A DNA stretch of 64,000 nt. Source: an uncultured virus (IMG/VR IMGVR_UViG_3300031994_000070) (Duplodnaviria > Heunggongvirae > Uroviricota > Caudoviricetes). Below are positions 23,593-32,695 of the stretch, one piece after another (position 1 is the stretch's first letter; every line of letters starts with the position of its first letter). The stretch lies in the IMG/VR virus record IMGVR_UViG_3300031994_000070. One strand, written 5' to 3'. The notes below the pieces were generated by a model. The model was not told the DNA's origin. It did not search any database and saw nothing but the letters and a program-made list of their open reading frames with translations. The translations under genes were made by a program, and so were the position numbers.

Positions 23593-23617
23593 ATTCTTGA
23601 AAGGAGGAAAAAATTAT

Positions 23618-25429
23618 ATGAGTTTACAAGTTTGACTTCCTTTAAATAAGGATTTAAGACAAAAAGGATTAAGTGATGTGACTATTACAAATAATGGGGC
23701 TACTTATGATAATAGCGTTGGCTGTCCTATGGGCGGTTGTTATAGTTTTGATGGCTCTAATGATTATTTAACGGGCACGTATGAAGGAACTGATAACATC
23801 ACTTTTGCTGCATGGATTTATTTCCCAACATTACCGGGAGGAAAACATGTTTTTGATGGACGTATTTCTTCAAATGGCGACGTTGGATATCAGCCAATGT
23901 ATATTACAAATACTCAAATTCAAATTGGATGTAGTAAATCCTCATATGTATATTTTAATTATACATGAGCAGCTAATACATGATATCATGTTTGTGTTAC
24001 ACATTCACCATCTGAGGGCAAAGTTTATATAAACGGTGCATTGATTGGAACATCTACCGCAGCAAAAGGGGCAAATTATGGTGCGTTAACATTTACATTG
24101 GGGAGTAGATTCAATCAAGCAAATTATTGCAATGTAAAATTCAATGATGTGCGCATTTACAATGAATGTCTATCAGCAAACGATGTAGCAACACTCGCCA
24201 CTGGATTAGCGGTACACTATCCATTAACTCGGCAAGGTTTTCCTTCAGAAAATTTATTTCAAGCAACGGCATTTGATAAAGAAGAAATAGGTACGTTGTT
24301 TGGTAATAATGCTGGCGGTTGGGAAAATCGACCATGTGGATTTTATAATGGAGCTGCATCAAACCATAATATTGCAAATGGCATAGATACTATTACTGTG
24401 GATAGCGCCAGCAATATAGGTATTGCTTTTTGTAGAAAAGCAAGCGATATTGCACTCGACTCTAATTCATATTATACGATTTCATGTGAAGCACAAAGTA
24501 CACAAACCTCTAAACCGTTATGCATTGGATTATCTTATAATAATGGAAATGCAACAAGTCCTTGGATATGAAGAGGCGGAACCAATCCTCAAAATTTTAC
24601 GGCAGTAAACAAATGGCAAAAATTTACTTTAACATTTAAACCTGATGCGGATACTCAGTATATTGATTATTGTTTTACTGTATCCGGAGAGGCTGGGTCG
24701 TCATTTACTTATAAATTACGACACTGTAAATTAGAAAAAGGTTCTACAGCAACTGGTTGAATTCCAAATTCAACTGATACTCTTGGAAAGTTAATGGGAT
24801 TAAATTCTAATGCAATTGAAGATATTAGTGGCTTTGATATTCATGGTATTAAATCTGATAATTTACAATGAACAGGTGATACGCATATTTATCCAGTTTG
24901 TGCAGATTTTACTTCAGGGCAAAGTTGCGCTATATTAAATCCGCCTGATTATGAAGGTGCTACTAATTTAACATTAGCGGCATGGGTTTATCCAAAAGCA
25001 AGAAATACTGATAGAGATTGTATTTTAATTTATCGTGGTCAATATTTAACTATTGATAGTACGGGGCATTTAAGTGCTTATTCATATGGTAAATCGCCTG
25101 CTGGATACCACAATAGTACAGGCACTATACCATTAAATCAATGAAGTCATATAGCTATTACTTGAGATGCTAGTAATGTAAAATTATATATAAACGGTTC
25201 ATTAGATACAAGTGTGGCTTGCACAGGCGCACTTGCAAATATATCCAAAACAATTGGCTGTATAGGTTTGGAAGTCCATCCCAATTGAGAAAATCCTACA
25301 TCAACTAGTCGTCAATTTATTGGCTCCATTGCTGACGTGCGTGTATATGCAACTGCTTTATCAGCAGCTGATATGACTAAACTTTATAATAATACAATTT
25401 ATTTAAATAATATGCACAATATTGCTTAA
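23618..25429 (+). CDS. LamG (ConA-like lectin)-CBM-like-LamG protein, 603 aa (9 TGA=Trp)
   Basis: MSLQV(TGA)LPL matches MSLQV(TGG)LPL at 58825. Also NT(TGA)YHVCVT..KVYING, LEKGSTATG(TGA)IP and NQ(TGA)SHIAIT(TGA)D..KLYING. Confidence 0.85.
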
Positions 25430-25435
25430 GCAAAC

Positions 25436-25464
25436 TTGACTTTAGCAGAAAAAAACCATATAAT
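25436..25464 (+). promoter_or_regulatory. SigA/sigma70-type promoter for a small ORF and the tRNA
   Basis: TTGACT (25436-25441), 17 nt spacer, TATAAT (25459-25464). Confidence 0.75.
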
Positions 25465-25481
25465 ATAGTGTTACAGAAAAT

Positions 25482-25514
25482 AAAAAAAGGGGGAGAGAAT
25501 TTCTTCTCTCCCCC
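25482..25514. terminator. GC-rich hairpin (- strand terminator or + strand 5' stabiliser)
   Basis: A7-GGGGGAGAGAA-TTTC-TTCTCTCCCCC. Confidence 0.55.
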
Positions 25515-25528
25515 AAAAGGAAATAACT

Positions 25529-25738
25529 ATGTCAGATAATGTAAAAATTTATATAACAGTTAAAGATGTGCGCCAATTTAAAGAATATGAAAGTTTTTTA
25601 TTTGGTGTTAGTTTTAAAGAGCCCGTAGAAGTTTGTGTTAGTGTAGATGAATTAAATAAAAGATATTACTATGACACAATTGAAATGAATGGGCAATATA
25701 TAATTCGACAAACTGGCGAGTATGACTTGCGTCCCTAG
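25529..25738 (+). CDS. Hypothetical protein whose stop overlaps the tRNA 5' end
   Basis: 69 aa, AAAGGA RBS; TAG 25736-25738 lies inside the tRNA. Confidence 0.6.
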   Translation: MSDNVKIYITVKDVRQFKEYESFLFGVSFKEPVEVCVSVDELNKRYYYDTIEMNGQYIIRQTGEYDLRP

Positions 25739-25823
25739 TGTAATGGTAGCACACTGGTCTTCAAAACCAGGGTAACCGTGTCCAAAGCGGTGGGTGTGGG
25801 TTCGAATCCTACGGGGCGTGCCA
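25729..25823 (+). tRNA. UGA-decoding tRNA (anticodon UCA, tRNA-Trp-like) with a 21-nt extra arm, 95 nt
   Basis: Acceptor GCGTCCC/GGGGCGT, discriminator G, encoded CCA end. D-arm GTGT-AATGGTA-GCAC. Anticodon arm CTGGT-CTTCAAA-ACCAG (TCA at 25761-25763). T-arm GTGGG-TTCGAAT-CCTAC. The region between anticodon and T arms is 25 nt. Confidence 0.95.
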
Positions 25824-25829
25824 GACAAT

Positions 25830-25865
25830 AAAAAAAGGGAGAGCATTAAGCTCTCCCTTTTTTTT
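25830..25865. terminator. Bidirectional terminator where the two transcription arms converge
   Basis: A7-GGGAGAGC-ATTAA-GCTCTCCC-T8. Confidence 0.9.
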
Positions 25866-26292
25866 AATCTTCTTCCGCTGGTAACATCATAACCTTTTGA
25901 TAAAGGTCATGAATTTTACCATCCCCGCCAAGTTCTTCATAAATATGAAGTAATTCGGCAAGTTCATTGAATTCTTTATGAGTTACATAACCGCGGCTAA
26001 TATAATTTTCACAATCATTTTGTAAAATTGTCCCATAATATCTAATATTTTGTTCCATATTATGGTCAAATTTCGCTTTACAACCCATCATTTGGTCGTT
26101 TAATTTATCTATTTTCTCTAATACTGGTTTCATCTTATCATCTACAATAGCGATGAAATCTGCATTTTCTTTATTTTCTAATAATTCTTTATAACGATTT
26201 ACCTCTTTGGATAATCTATGAATGACTCACATAACGGCTGCACTAACTAGTCCAAAAAGGATTTCTAACCAATAGGCGTTTAAACCCTCCAT
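25864..26292 (-). CDS. Membrane protein, possibly holin-like or lysis-associated, 142 aa (1 TGA=Trp)
   Basis: Extends the track ORF to ATG 26292 through TGA at codon 22, at the end of an N-terminal TM helix. C-terminal YEELGGDGKIHDLYQKVMMLP motif is often seen in Bacillota phage lysis regions. Confidence 0.65.
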
Positions 26293-26310
26293 ATTTTTTC
26301 CCAACCTTTC

Positions 26311-27057
26311 CTAATTCTTTTCGTTGTTTTTTAAGCTATACATGCCGGTTACAATTCCCGCAAAGATTAACCCACCAATTAAATTGCCAAAGTAAGTTAA
26401 CACAAGGTTAGGGAAATATGCCCTCATAATAGCCGTATCTTGACATACCAAGAAATGATATAAATCTAAAGTTGCATGTTCAAATCCGCAAACGCCGAGT
26501 GTGAACATTGAAATCCAAATGGACATTACTTTTTCAAATGCAGAGTCTGTGCGTTTAGCAGTGAATACTCCCATACAAGAAGCTACGCATCCAATAATAC
26601 CTTTAATAAAAGTTTGAAAAAAATTAGCATCTGTTTTCATAGTAATTTCACCAAGTGCTATAGTGCTAATATTTGGAATTTGGCCAGCTCCCCACATCAT
26701 TAAAATAAAAATAATTATTCCAAAAATATTAAATAAAGTAACACATAATGCCGATAGCGCAAATTGTTTCCACGTTAAATCTTTTTTATATGATGCTAAT
26801 GAATATAAAAAATGTGTTGAAAATAAATCAGATTTAAATGTATCACATAAAATAAATCCTAACGGTAATACCGCTGCTGCTATCATTATACTACCAGTAA
26901 ATAATAAAGTTTCCTGGAACATAAATCCAGTTAAACCAATAAAAAAACCAGCAAGCATTCCATTAATTGCCAGCATTAAAAAATTATTTTGTATAGCGAC
27001 ATTTTTTATTTGGGCCTCTTTAATGAATAAATTTGCTGCTTTTGTTAATCCCCTCAT
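26311..27057 (-). CDS. Formate/nitrite transporter (FNT) family protein
   Basis: Multi-TM protein with G.LAG.FIG, GFEH and T.FGNLIGG motifs. Confidence 0.8.
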   Translation of the reverse strand: MRGLTKAANLFIKEAQIKNVAIQNNFLMLAINGMLAGFFIGLTGFMFQETLLFTGSIMIAAAVLPLGFILCDTFKSDLFSTHFLYSLASYKKDLTWKQFALSALCVTLFNIFGIIIFILMMWGAGQIPNISTIALGEITMKTDANFFQTFIKGIIGCVASCMGVFTAKRTDSAFEKVMSIWISMFTLGVCGFEHATLDLYHFLVCQDTAIMRAYFPNLVLTYFGNLIGGLIFAGIVTGMYSLKNNEKN

Positions 27058-27078
27058 TACTCCTACTCCTTCCTTACG

Positions 27079-27558
27079 TTACCCTCAATAATGTCCTAAA
27101 CTTTTTATAATATGGCTACCAATGCAAATGGCGTCGGCCTCATCTTGCGTACAATGGACGCCATAAGTTTCAGCAACAAAATTTTGGGCATTTCTCTTTT
27201 GTTCTGCTCTTCCTCTTCCTTTAATTTTTAAAGTTGACTTTCAAGTATTAGATGAAACAATTTCATATTTTGCGTGTAACTCTTCGCATAATTCTAAAAT
27301 TACTCCAAAAACATTTGCCAGTACTTTAAAAGTTTTAACATTATTGCCTACTGAAGATTGCATTTGTATATCTTCAAAAGCAACATAATCTATTTGGTTT
27401 TCATGAATTAAAAACTTAATCGCTTCTCTTAATTGTACGAGCCGAGGTCCAACTTCTTCATCGCGTAAATCAATCTTGCCGTGCTTTACTAATTTGTCAT
27501 CTTCAAAGATTGCGTAACCAGTAATTTTCGACGCTTGGTCTAGTGCTAATAATTTCAT
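27079..27558 (-). CDS. ruvC: RuvC-like Holliday junction resolvase, 159 aa (2 TGA=Trp)
   Basis: LALDQA..TGYAIF and VAFED, then SNT(TGA)KSTLKIKG..AEQK..DEADAICIG; TAA at 27079-27081. Confidence 0.85.
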
Positions 27559-27586
27559 TTTTAGTCCCTCCTCTCCTATGCATATG

Positions 27587-27624
27587 AAAAAAAGGGCAAC
27601 CTAATTATACTAGGTTGCCCTTTT
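27587..27624. terminator. Terminator hairpin after dut
   Basis: A7-GGGCAACCTA-ATTATAC-TAGGTTGCCC-T4. Confidence 0.75.
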
Positions 27625-27626
27625 AC

Positions 27627-28172
27627 TTATTTTGAGGTGGAACCAAAGCCACCAACTCTGTCGCCCTCTACTGGATGGTCATCATCTGTAGTCAGGTACG
27701 ATTTTATAATACCCTGGCCGATAATATCGCCCTTTTTTAATTGAATGGGGTATGGACTTAAATTAATTAACTGGAAGAAAATTTCTCCTTCATTGTCGGG
27801 ATTATTATAATAATCTTTATCAATAATTCCTACTCCGTTGGCTAAAATCAACCAATATTTTAATGGAGTGGAACTGCGCACACTTAATTCGAGATAAGTA
27901 CCAGGAGCTAAATGACATTTAACTCCGCTAGAAACTAAAGTGGGGCGTGCGCCAAATCTTTTTGTGAATGCGTTCACATCTGATAATGTCATTGCTACTG
28001 GCATTAAATCAGGGTCGCCTAATTTATCCGTTAAACTTGCGTAAGGATAGATAACAATGTCTTCGGCCACCTCCATATCATAACCAGCGCTTGAATATGT
28101 TTTTCGGACTGGAAGATTAAAGCCTTCATCATCTTTAAATCTACTTACTTTTTCAAACCAACAATCTTTCAT
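27627..28172 (-). CDS. dut: Trimeric dUTPase
   Basis: SAGYD, RSS, GIIDKDYY, QG and RVGGFGST motifs. Confidence 0.92.
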   Translation of the reverse strand: MKDCWFEKVSRFKDDEGFNLPVRKTYSSAGYDMEVAEDIVIYPYASLTDKLGDPDLMPVAMTLSDVNAFTKRFGARPTLVSSGVKCHLAPGTYLELSVRSSTPLKYWLILANGVGIIDKDYYNNPDNEGEIFFQLINLSPYPIQLKKGDIIGQGIIKSYLTTDDDHPVEGDRVGGFGSTSK

Positions 28173-28414
28173 TATGCATCTACCTCATAAGTAATTTTTA
28201 CTCTACGGTCAGGCATTTTTTCATCAGTAAACATCTTCGTGGCTGTTACTAACTGATATTCTTCTCTATCATCCTTTGGGCCACGATATTTAGTTTTGTA
28301 ACTGAAAGAAATCAAGTCTGCCCATTTATCATTTGTTAATTCTTCGTGAAGTGCTTCTACTTCGTCTACTGTATCTACACTATAATATTCTGTAGTTTTT
28401 AATAAATATTTCAT
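28172..28414 (-). CDS. Hypothetical protein
   Basis: 80 aa, translationally coupled to its neighbours. Confidence 0.7.
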   Translation of the reverse strand: MKYLLKTTEYYSVDTVDEVEALHEELTNDKWADLISFSYKTKYRGPKDDREEYQLVTATKMFTDEKMPDRRVKITYEVDA

Positions 28415-28684
28415 TTATTCGTTTACCTCAACCGTAATTTTATTTCCACTAAATTTTGTATTCTCGATTTCTCCAATTTGAGCTTTCACCTTTTGGCACA
28501 TATCTCCAAAAGTACTGAATAATTTTACTCGATAAATATTTTTTGCATAACATTCATCGGTAATAACATGCCCTAATGACTCTAATGGTGCTTTTGCGAG
28601 CAGGTGAATTCTTCCATTATCATCTACTTTATATACGGATTGGTCTCCATCAAATAATTGTATTTCGCTATAAATTACTGGCAT
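28415..28684 (-). CDS. Hypothetical protein
   Basis: 89 aa in a tightly packed operon. Confidence 0.7.
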   Translation of the reverse strand: MPVIYSEIQLFDGDQSVYKVDDNGRIHLLAKAPLESLGHVITDECYAKNIYRVKLFSTFGDMCQKVKAQIGEIENTKFSGNKITVEVNE

Positions 28685-29166
28685 TTAATCACCCCCTGTG
28701 AATAGTCAAATAAGTAAGCCACATGCGCAGTATTTTCTGCGTCAGTAATCCAACATTCTATAAGTTCATCATAAATTTCTATCGATTTAATTTCTCCTAA
28801 TACTTTAAGGCACTCAACAACTTCGTCCTCAAATTTAGGTTCACTATCTTTATCTAAAATAAAAATGGTGTAATAGTTTAAATCTCGGCATAATAGCATA
28901 AAATATTGTGAATCAAATTTATATGTTAAATCTCTAATATATGTTTTGGCAGTTGTAATTTGTTCATCATCAAGAGCTTCTAACTGTTGTACCGCCATTT
29001 GATTAATCTCATATAATGTAACACCTAAATTTTGGTCAGACTTATATTCTTGCCATTCGCCATCCATATACTGGTATACTTTTTGCTCATCTTCAACCAG
29101 TGCGAATTCTTTATCTTCGTGAATTTGTAGGCTATTTAGAATATTAATATCTTTTACTCTTACCAT
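28675..29166 (-). CDS. Hypothetical protein
   Basis: 163 aa, AAAGGA RBS, SigA-type promoter upstream. Confidence 0.75.
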   Translation of the reverse strand: MVRVKDINILNSLQIHEDKEFALVEDEQKVYQYMDGEWQEYKSDQNLGVTLYEINQMAVQQLEALDDEQITTAKTYIRDLTYKFDSQYFMLLCRDLNYYTIFILDKDSEPKFEDEVVECLKVLGEIKSIEIYDELIECWITDAENTAHVAYLFDYSQGVIKCQ

Positions 29167-29196
29167 TAATTTTAATTCCTTTCTGTCGTATATTAT

Positions 29197-29225
29197 ATTA
29201 TATAAATATAATTTTTGAAAGGCAA
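29197..29225 (-). promoter_or_regulatory. SigA-type promoter
   Basis: TTGCCT-17-TATAAT on the - strand. Confidence 0.55.
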
Positions 29226-29367
29226 AAACGATGAAAATAAAAAAGAAAACCCCATATATATTTAGGATTTTTATCCTTATATATGGGGTTCTGAGAGGTT
29301 TTTTTATTAAAAACGTACATTTATATTACTTTTAAAAAATAAATGCTTTAGAATCGATTCTACGGCA

Positions 29368-29871
29368 CTATTCGCGATTTACTCTCCAACCTTCTTCAGT
29401 GCGTTCCCACACGCATTGATTTGAGCTACCGCGCAATTTTAAATTAAGGTCTTTAAAATTTTTATCAAAAGCGCCGTCAATTAAGAAATTAATTTTGGAT
29501 AAGATAGAATTAATCTTTTCATTTTCAAACTGTCTTAATTCATTCATCGTATATCCAGTCCATAAGTATATATTAATATGGGGATAAGCTATTCGAACTG
29601 CACTTACTATATCTTTAACCATATCTAAATTTTCTGATGCTAATGGTTCACCGCCCAAAATAGAAAAGTTTCTTTGAACACCATTAGCCCCAATTAATTT
29701 AATTATTTCCCATTTGGTTTCTTGGGTGTACTCATGACCAGCATTGAAATCCCACGTTTCAGGATTAAAACAGCCATCACAATGGTGTGGACAGCCTTGA
29801 ACAAAGAAAGAAACACACACTCCCTCTCCATTCGTAACATCGTTTGAAATTATTGTATTATATCTATTCAT
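29368..29871 (-). CDS. nrdG: Anaerobic RNR activating enzyme (radical SAM)
   Basis: NGEGV..FVQGCPHHCDGCFN, GGEPL and LRGSSNQ motifs. Confidence 0.95.
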   Translation of the reverse strand: MNRYNTIISNDVTNGEGVCVSFFVQGCPHHCDGCFNPETWDFNAGHEYTQETKWEIIKLIGANGVQRNFSILGGEPLASENLDMVKDIVSAVRIAYPHINIYLWTGYTMNELRQFENEKINSILSKINFLIDGAFDKNFKDLNLKLRGSSNQCVWERTEEGWRVNRE

Positions 29872-30463
29872 CTGTTAACATACCTTCCGCAAACATCGCT
29901 CCAATAGAATTACCAAAAACAACTAATAGCCATTTTAATAGTGCATCCCAGGAGTGTATTACATATAAATATGGCGCATCTGCAATACAGTGTTCACTTC
30001 CTATCAATATAAAAATTATAATTGCCCCAACTGTGATAATGGGTATTTTACATTTAACGGCTATATGAATTAAAAACCCGCATAAACACCCATATAATAA
30101 CATTGATAATAAAGATTTAGAAAATTTAACTGTTGCGATTTGAATTAATATATTTGAAAATTCAATATTAGCGCATGCATACATAGTAACAACTAATAAA
30201 ATACCTAAACAATTACCAATAAAAATCAAAATATAAGGTTGAGATATTTTATTAATAGCAAAACCAATCTTACCAGTATATAACGGAATTTGTAATTGGA
30301 TAATTGCTAAAAGTCCAAAACTAAATAAAGTGGCACCTAAAATGGGCGGGGTGGTTAAGAGGTTAATGATAACCCCAAAACCAATCAGTACCCCAGCAAT
30401 AACGCTTTGTTTAAAGTTTTTTACTATGTTTAAATCTATCTTCGACTTCTTTTTGTTTTCCAT
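29864..30463 (-). CDS. Short formate/nitrite transporter (FNT) family protein between nrdD and nrdG
   Basis: AG.LIG.G, LFSFGL, LYTG, G.LCG.L, GSEHCIAD and GNSIGA motifs. Start uncertain (ATG 30463 overlaps the nrdD end). Confidence 0.8.
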   Translation of the reverse strand: MENKKKSKIDLNIVKNFKQSVIAGVLIGFGVIINLLTTPPILGATLFSFGLLAIIQLQIPLYTGKIGFAINKISQPYILIFIGNCLGILLVVTMYACANIEFSNILIQIATVKFSKSLLSMLLYGCLCGFLIHIAVKCKIPIITVGAIIIFILIGSEHCIADAPYLYVIHSWDALLKWLLVVFGNSIGAMFAEGMLTDE

Positions 30464-32636
30464 AATTAAATGCAGTTTTATAATCACCAGTTAAATAACC
30501 GGTTACTCTTCTTAATCTTTGAATATGTGTTGACCCACACTCTGGGCAAGCATTTCCTATCTCACCTGTCCAACCGCAATCAAGACATGTATCAGCTGGA
30601 ACATTTACTGCAAAATATGGAATGTCTTTATCCATAGCATAAGTTACAATTTGTTCAAGTGCAGGAATATTCTTTAAGATAGCGCCCTCTAATTCAACAT
30701 ATGTAATACATCCAGCGCTAGAATATCCAGTTAACTGACTTTCAATATCTATCTTATCGAAAGGTGAAATTTCTTTCCATACAGGAACATGCATTGAATT
30801 TGTAAAATATTCTCTGTCGCTTACATTTGGAATCTTGCCATATTGCTTTTGGAATTTTTTCATAGCGGTATAGCAAAGATTTTCAGCGGGGGTATAATAT
30901 ACTCCAAAATTAAGACAATATTTATTTTTAAATTCTGCACATCTTGTTTTAAATAATTGTTCGATGTGTTTTGCTACTTCCATACCTTGGTCGGTTGTAT
31001 GGTCGCAACCAATAAGAATTTGAAGAGCTTCTGCTAATCCTAACTGACCAATTACAATTGTTCCATGCTTTAAAGCACTTCTAATACCTTGCTCTGGGAT
31101 ATAACCAGCCATTGTGCCATTCTCATACATAAACTTTGCACTTGAGGCATCTTGTGAACAAATATAATCAAATCTTTCTAAAAGCATATCCTTTGCATCA
31201 AAGATTGCCTTATCCAAAATCTTGAAGAATTCGTCAACAATATCTCCGCCTTCTTCAACTGATTCCTTCGCCTCCATTGCAAGAGTTGGAAGTATAATTG
31301 TTACTGGACAAATATTTCCACGACCATCTTTAAGCTGGCCAAAGCCGTTAATATCAAAGCCATTCGCCGTGCGGCATCCCATTGTACTGAAATATGTACG
31401 AGGGTCATTTCTATCATATCCAGCATTACCACTCCAATCTACATTTGCATAGTTTGGATATAAACGCTTTGCGGTTGATTCAAGAGCCAGTTGGAATAAG
31501 TCATAATTCGGTGTGCCGGGTTTGTCATTAACTCCTTTCATATATTGGAAAATTCCGCAAGGGAAAATTGGAGTTTTATGAAGTTTGCCGACACCTTTAA
31601 TTGAGCCTTCCAAAAGTGCCTTAATAACCATGCGCCCTTCTGGTAATGTGCAAGTACCATAATTAATTGAAGTAAATGGTAATTGATTTCCTGACCGGCT
31701 TTGCAGTGTATTTAAGTTGTGATACATGCCTTCAACCGCTTGCTGAGTTTCTTTTTCAGTCATTGCTAATGCATATTTATAAACTCTGCCATCATATGCC
31801 TTCCACTCTGGGTCGGTAATTCCGTATTCAGTGCAGTTATGTAACATATGCTCTATTTCATAATCAATTTCATCGATGGGTTTATCATTGATAAAACACC
31901 ATCCATCAATATAATGTTTAGCGAATGATTTTCTTACATAAGGAACCATCGTCCAATCTAAATGACTTGCACTTACTCCACCAAACTGTTGTAAAGATTG
32001 TAACTGGAATAATACGGCTACTAATTGGAATGCAGTATTTACTGAATTAGCTGGGCGCACATCAGTTTGTCTTGTATTAAATCCTTTTGCTAATAAATCA
32101 TCAAAAGGAACTGTTAAACAATTATGCATACCAATAGCATAAGAATCTAAATCATGAATATAAATACGATTGTTTATATGATTATTGCGAGATAAATCAG
32201 ATAATAAATTATCAATCGCATATTGTTTCATAATTTCATTTGAGGCTTCACCCCTACGACCACCGAAACTTTTTTCATCGACGTTCGCATTTTGATTAAC
32301 AACGTTCGATGCATCGAGCTTTTCTTTTACTACTTTCATTAATTGAGCGTTGCGGTTTCTTGCGCGGGTGCGCTCATCTCTATATGTGATATAAGCTCTA
32401 GCTACATCTTTACGTTTACTACTCATTAAACCATGTTCTACAAGGTCTTGAATTTCTTCTACCTCTAAAACTTCTTGGTCTAATCCTTCAATATGGTCGG
32501 CTATATTATGTGCTTTTTGTTTTGCAAAATCACTAATTTCACCATCAACGGCTTCAAAGCACTTTAATACGGCGTGTTCAATTTTCTCTCTATTAAAATC
32601 TGTGTGCCGACCATCTCTCTTAATTACTTGTTTCAT
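30411..32636 (-). CDS. nrdD: Anaerobic (class III) ribonucleoside-triphosphate reductase with ATP cone
   Basis: VIKRDG ATP cone, TMGCRT, TPAENL, CxxC..CxxC and the glycyl-radical motif RRVTGYL. Confidence 0.97.
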   Translation of the reverse strand: MKQVIKRDGRHTDFNREKIEHAVLKCFEAVDGEISDFAKQKAHNIADHIEGLDQEVLEVEEIQDLVEHGLMSSKRKDVARAYITYRDERTRARNRNAQLMKVVKEKLDASNVVNQNANVDEKSFGGRRGEASNEIMKQYAIDNLLSDLSRNNHINNRIYIHDLDSYAIGMHNCLTVPFDDLLAKGFNTRQTDVRPANSVNTAFQLVAVLFQLQSLQQFGGVSASHLDWTMVPYVRKSFAKHYIDGWCFINDKPIDEIDYEIEHMLHNCTEYGITDPEWKAYDGRVYKYALAMTEKETQQAVEGMYHNLNTLQSRSGNQLPFTSINYGTCTLPEGRMVIKALLEGSIKGVGKLHKTPIFPCGIFQYMKGVNDKPGTPNYDLFQLALESTAKRLYPNYANVDWSGNAGYDRNDPRTYFSTMGCRTANGFDINGFGQLKDGRGNICPVTIILPTLAMEAKESVEEGGDIVDEFFKILDKAIFDAKDMLLERFDYICSQDASSAKFMYENGTMAGYIPEQGIRSALKHGTIVIGQLGLAEALQILIGCDHTTDQGMEVAKHIEQLFKTRCAEFKNKYCLNFGVYYTPAENLCYTAMKKFQKQYGKIPNVSDREYFTNSMHVPVWKEISPFDKIDIESQLTGYSSAGCITYVELEGAILKNIPALEQIVTYAMDKDIPYFAVNVPADTCLDCGWTGEIGNACPECGSTHIQRLRRVTGYLTGDYKTAFNYGKQKEVEDRFKHSKKL

Positions 32637-32695
32637 AATGTTTTCTCCTCCTTAAGTATATAAAGCATTTCTAAGGTTTCATACATTATTGATTT

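Noticed and set aside
9667..25429. Pseudogene cluster or degraded tail region
   Set aside because: All interruptions are in-frame TGA only, with no frameshifts or internal TAA/TAG, and they fall at conserved Trp positions.
6729..25429. TGA=Gly (code 25)
   Set aside because: Paralogue alignments place TGA opposite TGG, and the motifs (F.GW, LYA.W, WYHV, YRKW..ECWG) require Trp.
25729..25823. tRNA-Sec (selC), suggested by the UCA anticodon plus long extra arm
   Set aside because: The fold is 7/5 with a 4-bp D-stem, not the bacterial 8/5 Sec fold with a long D-stem. TGA aligns with Trp, and no sel genes or SECIS context are visible.
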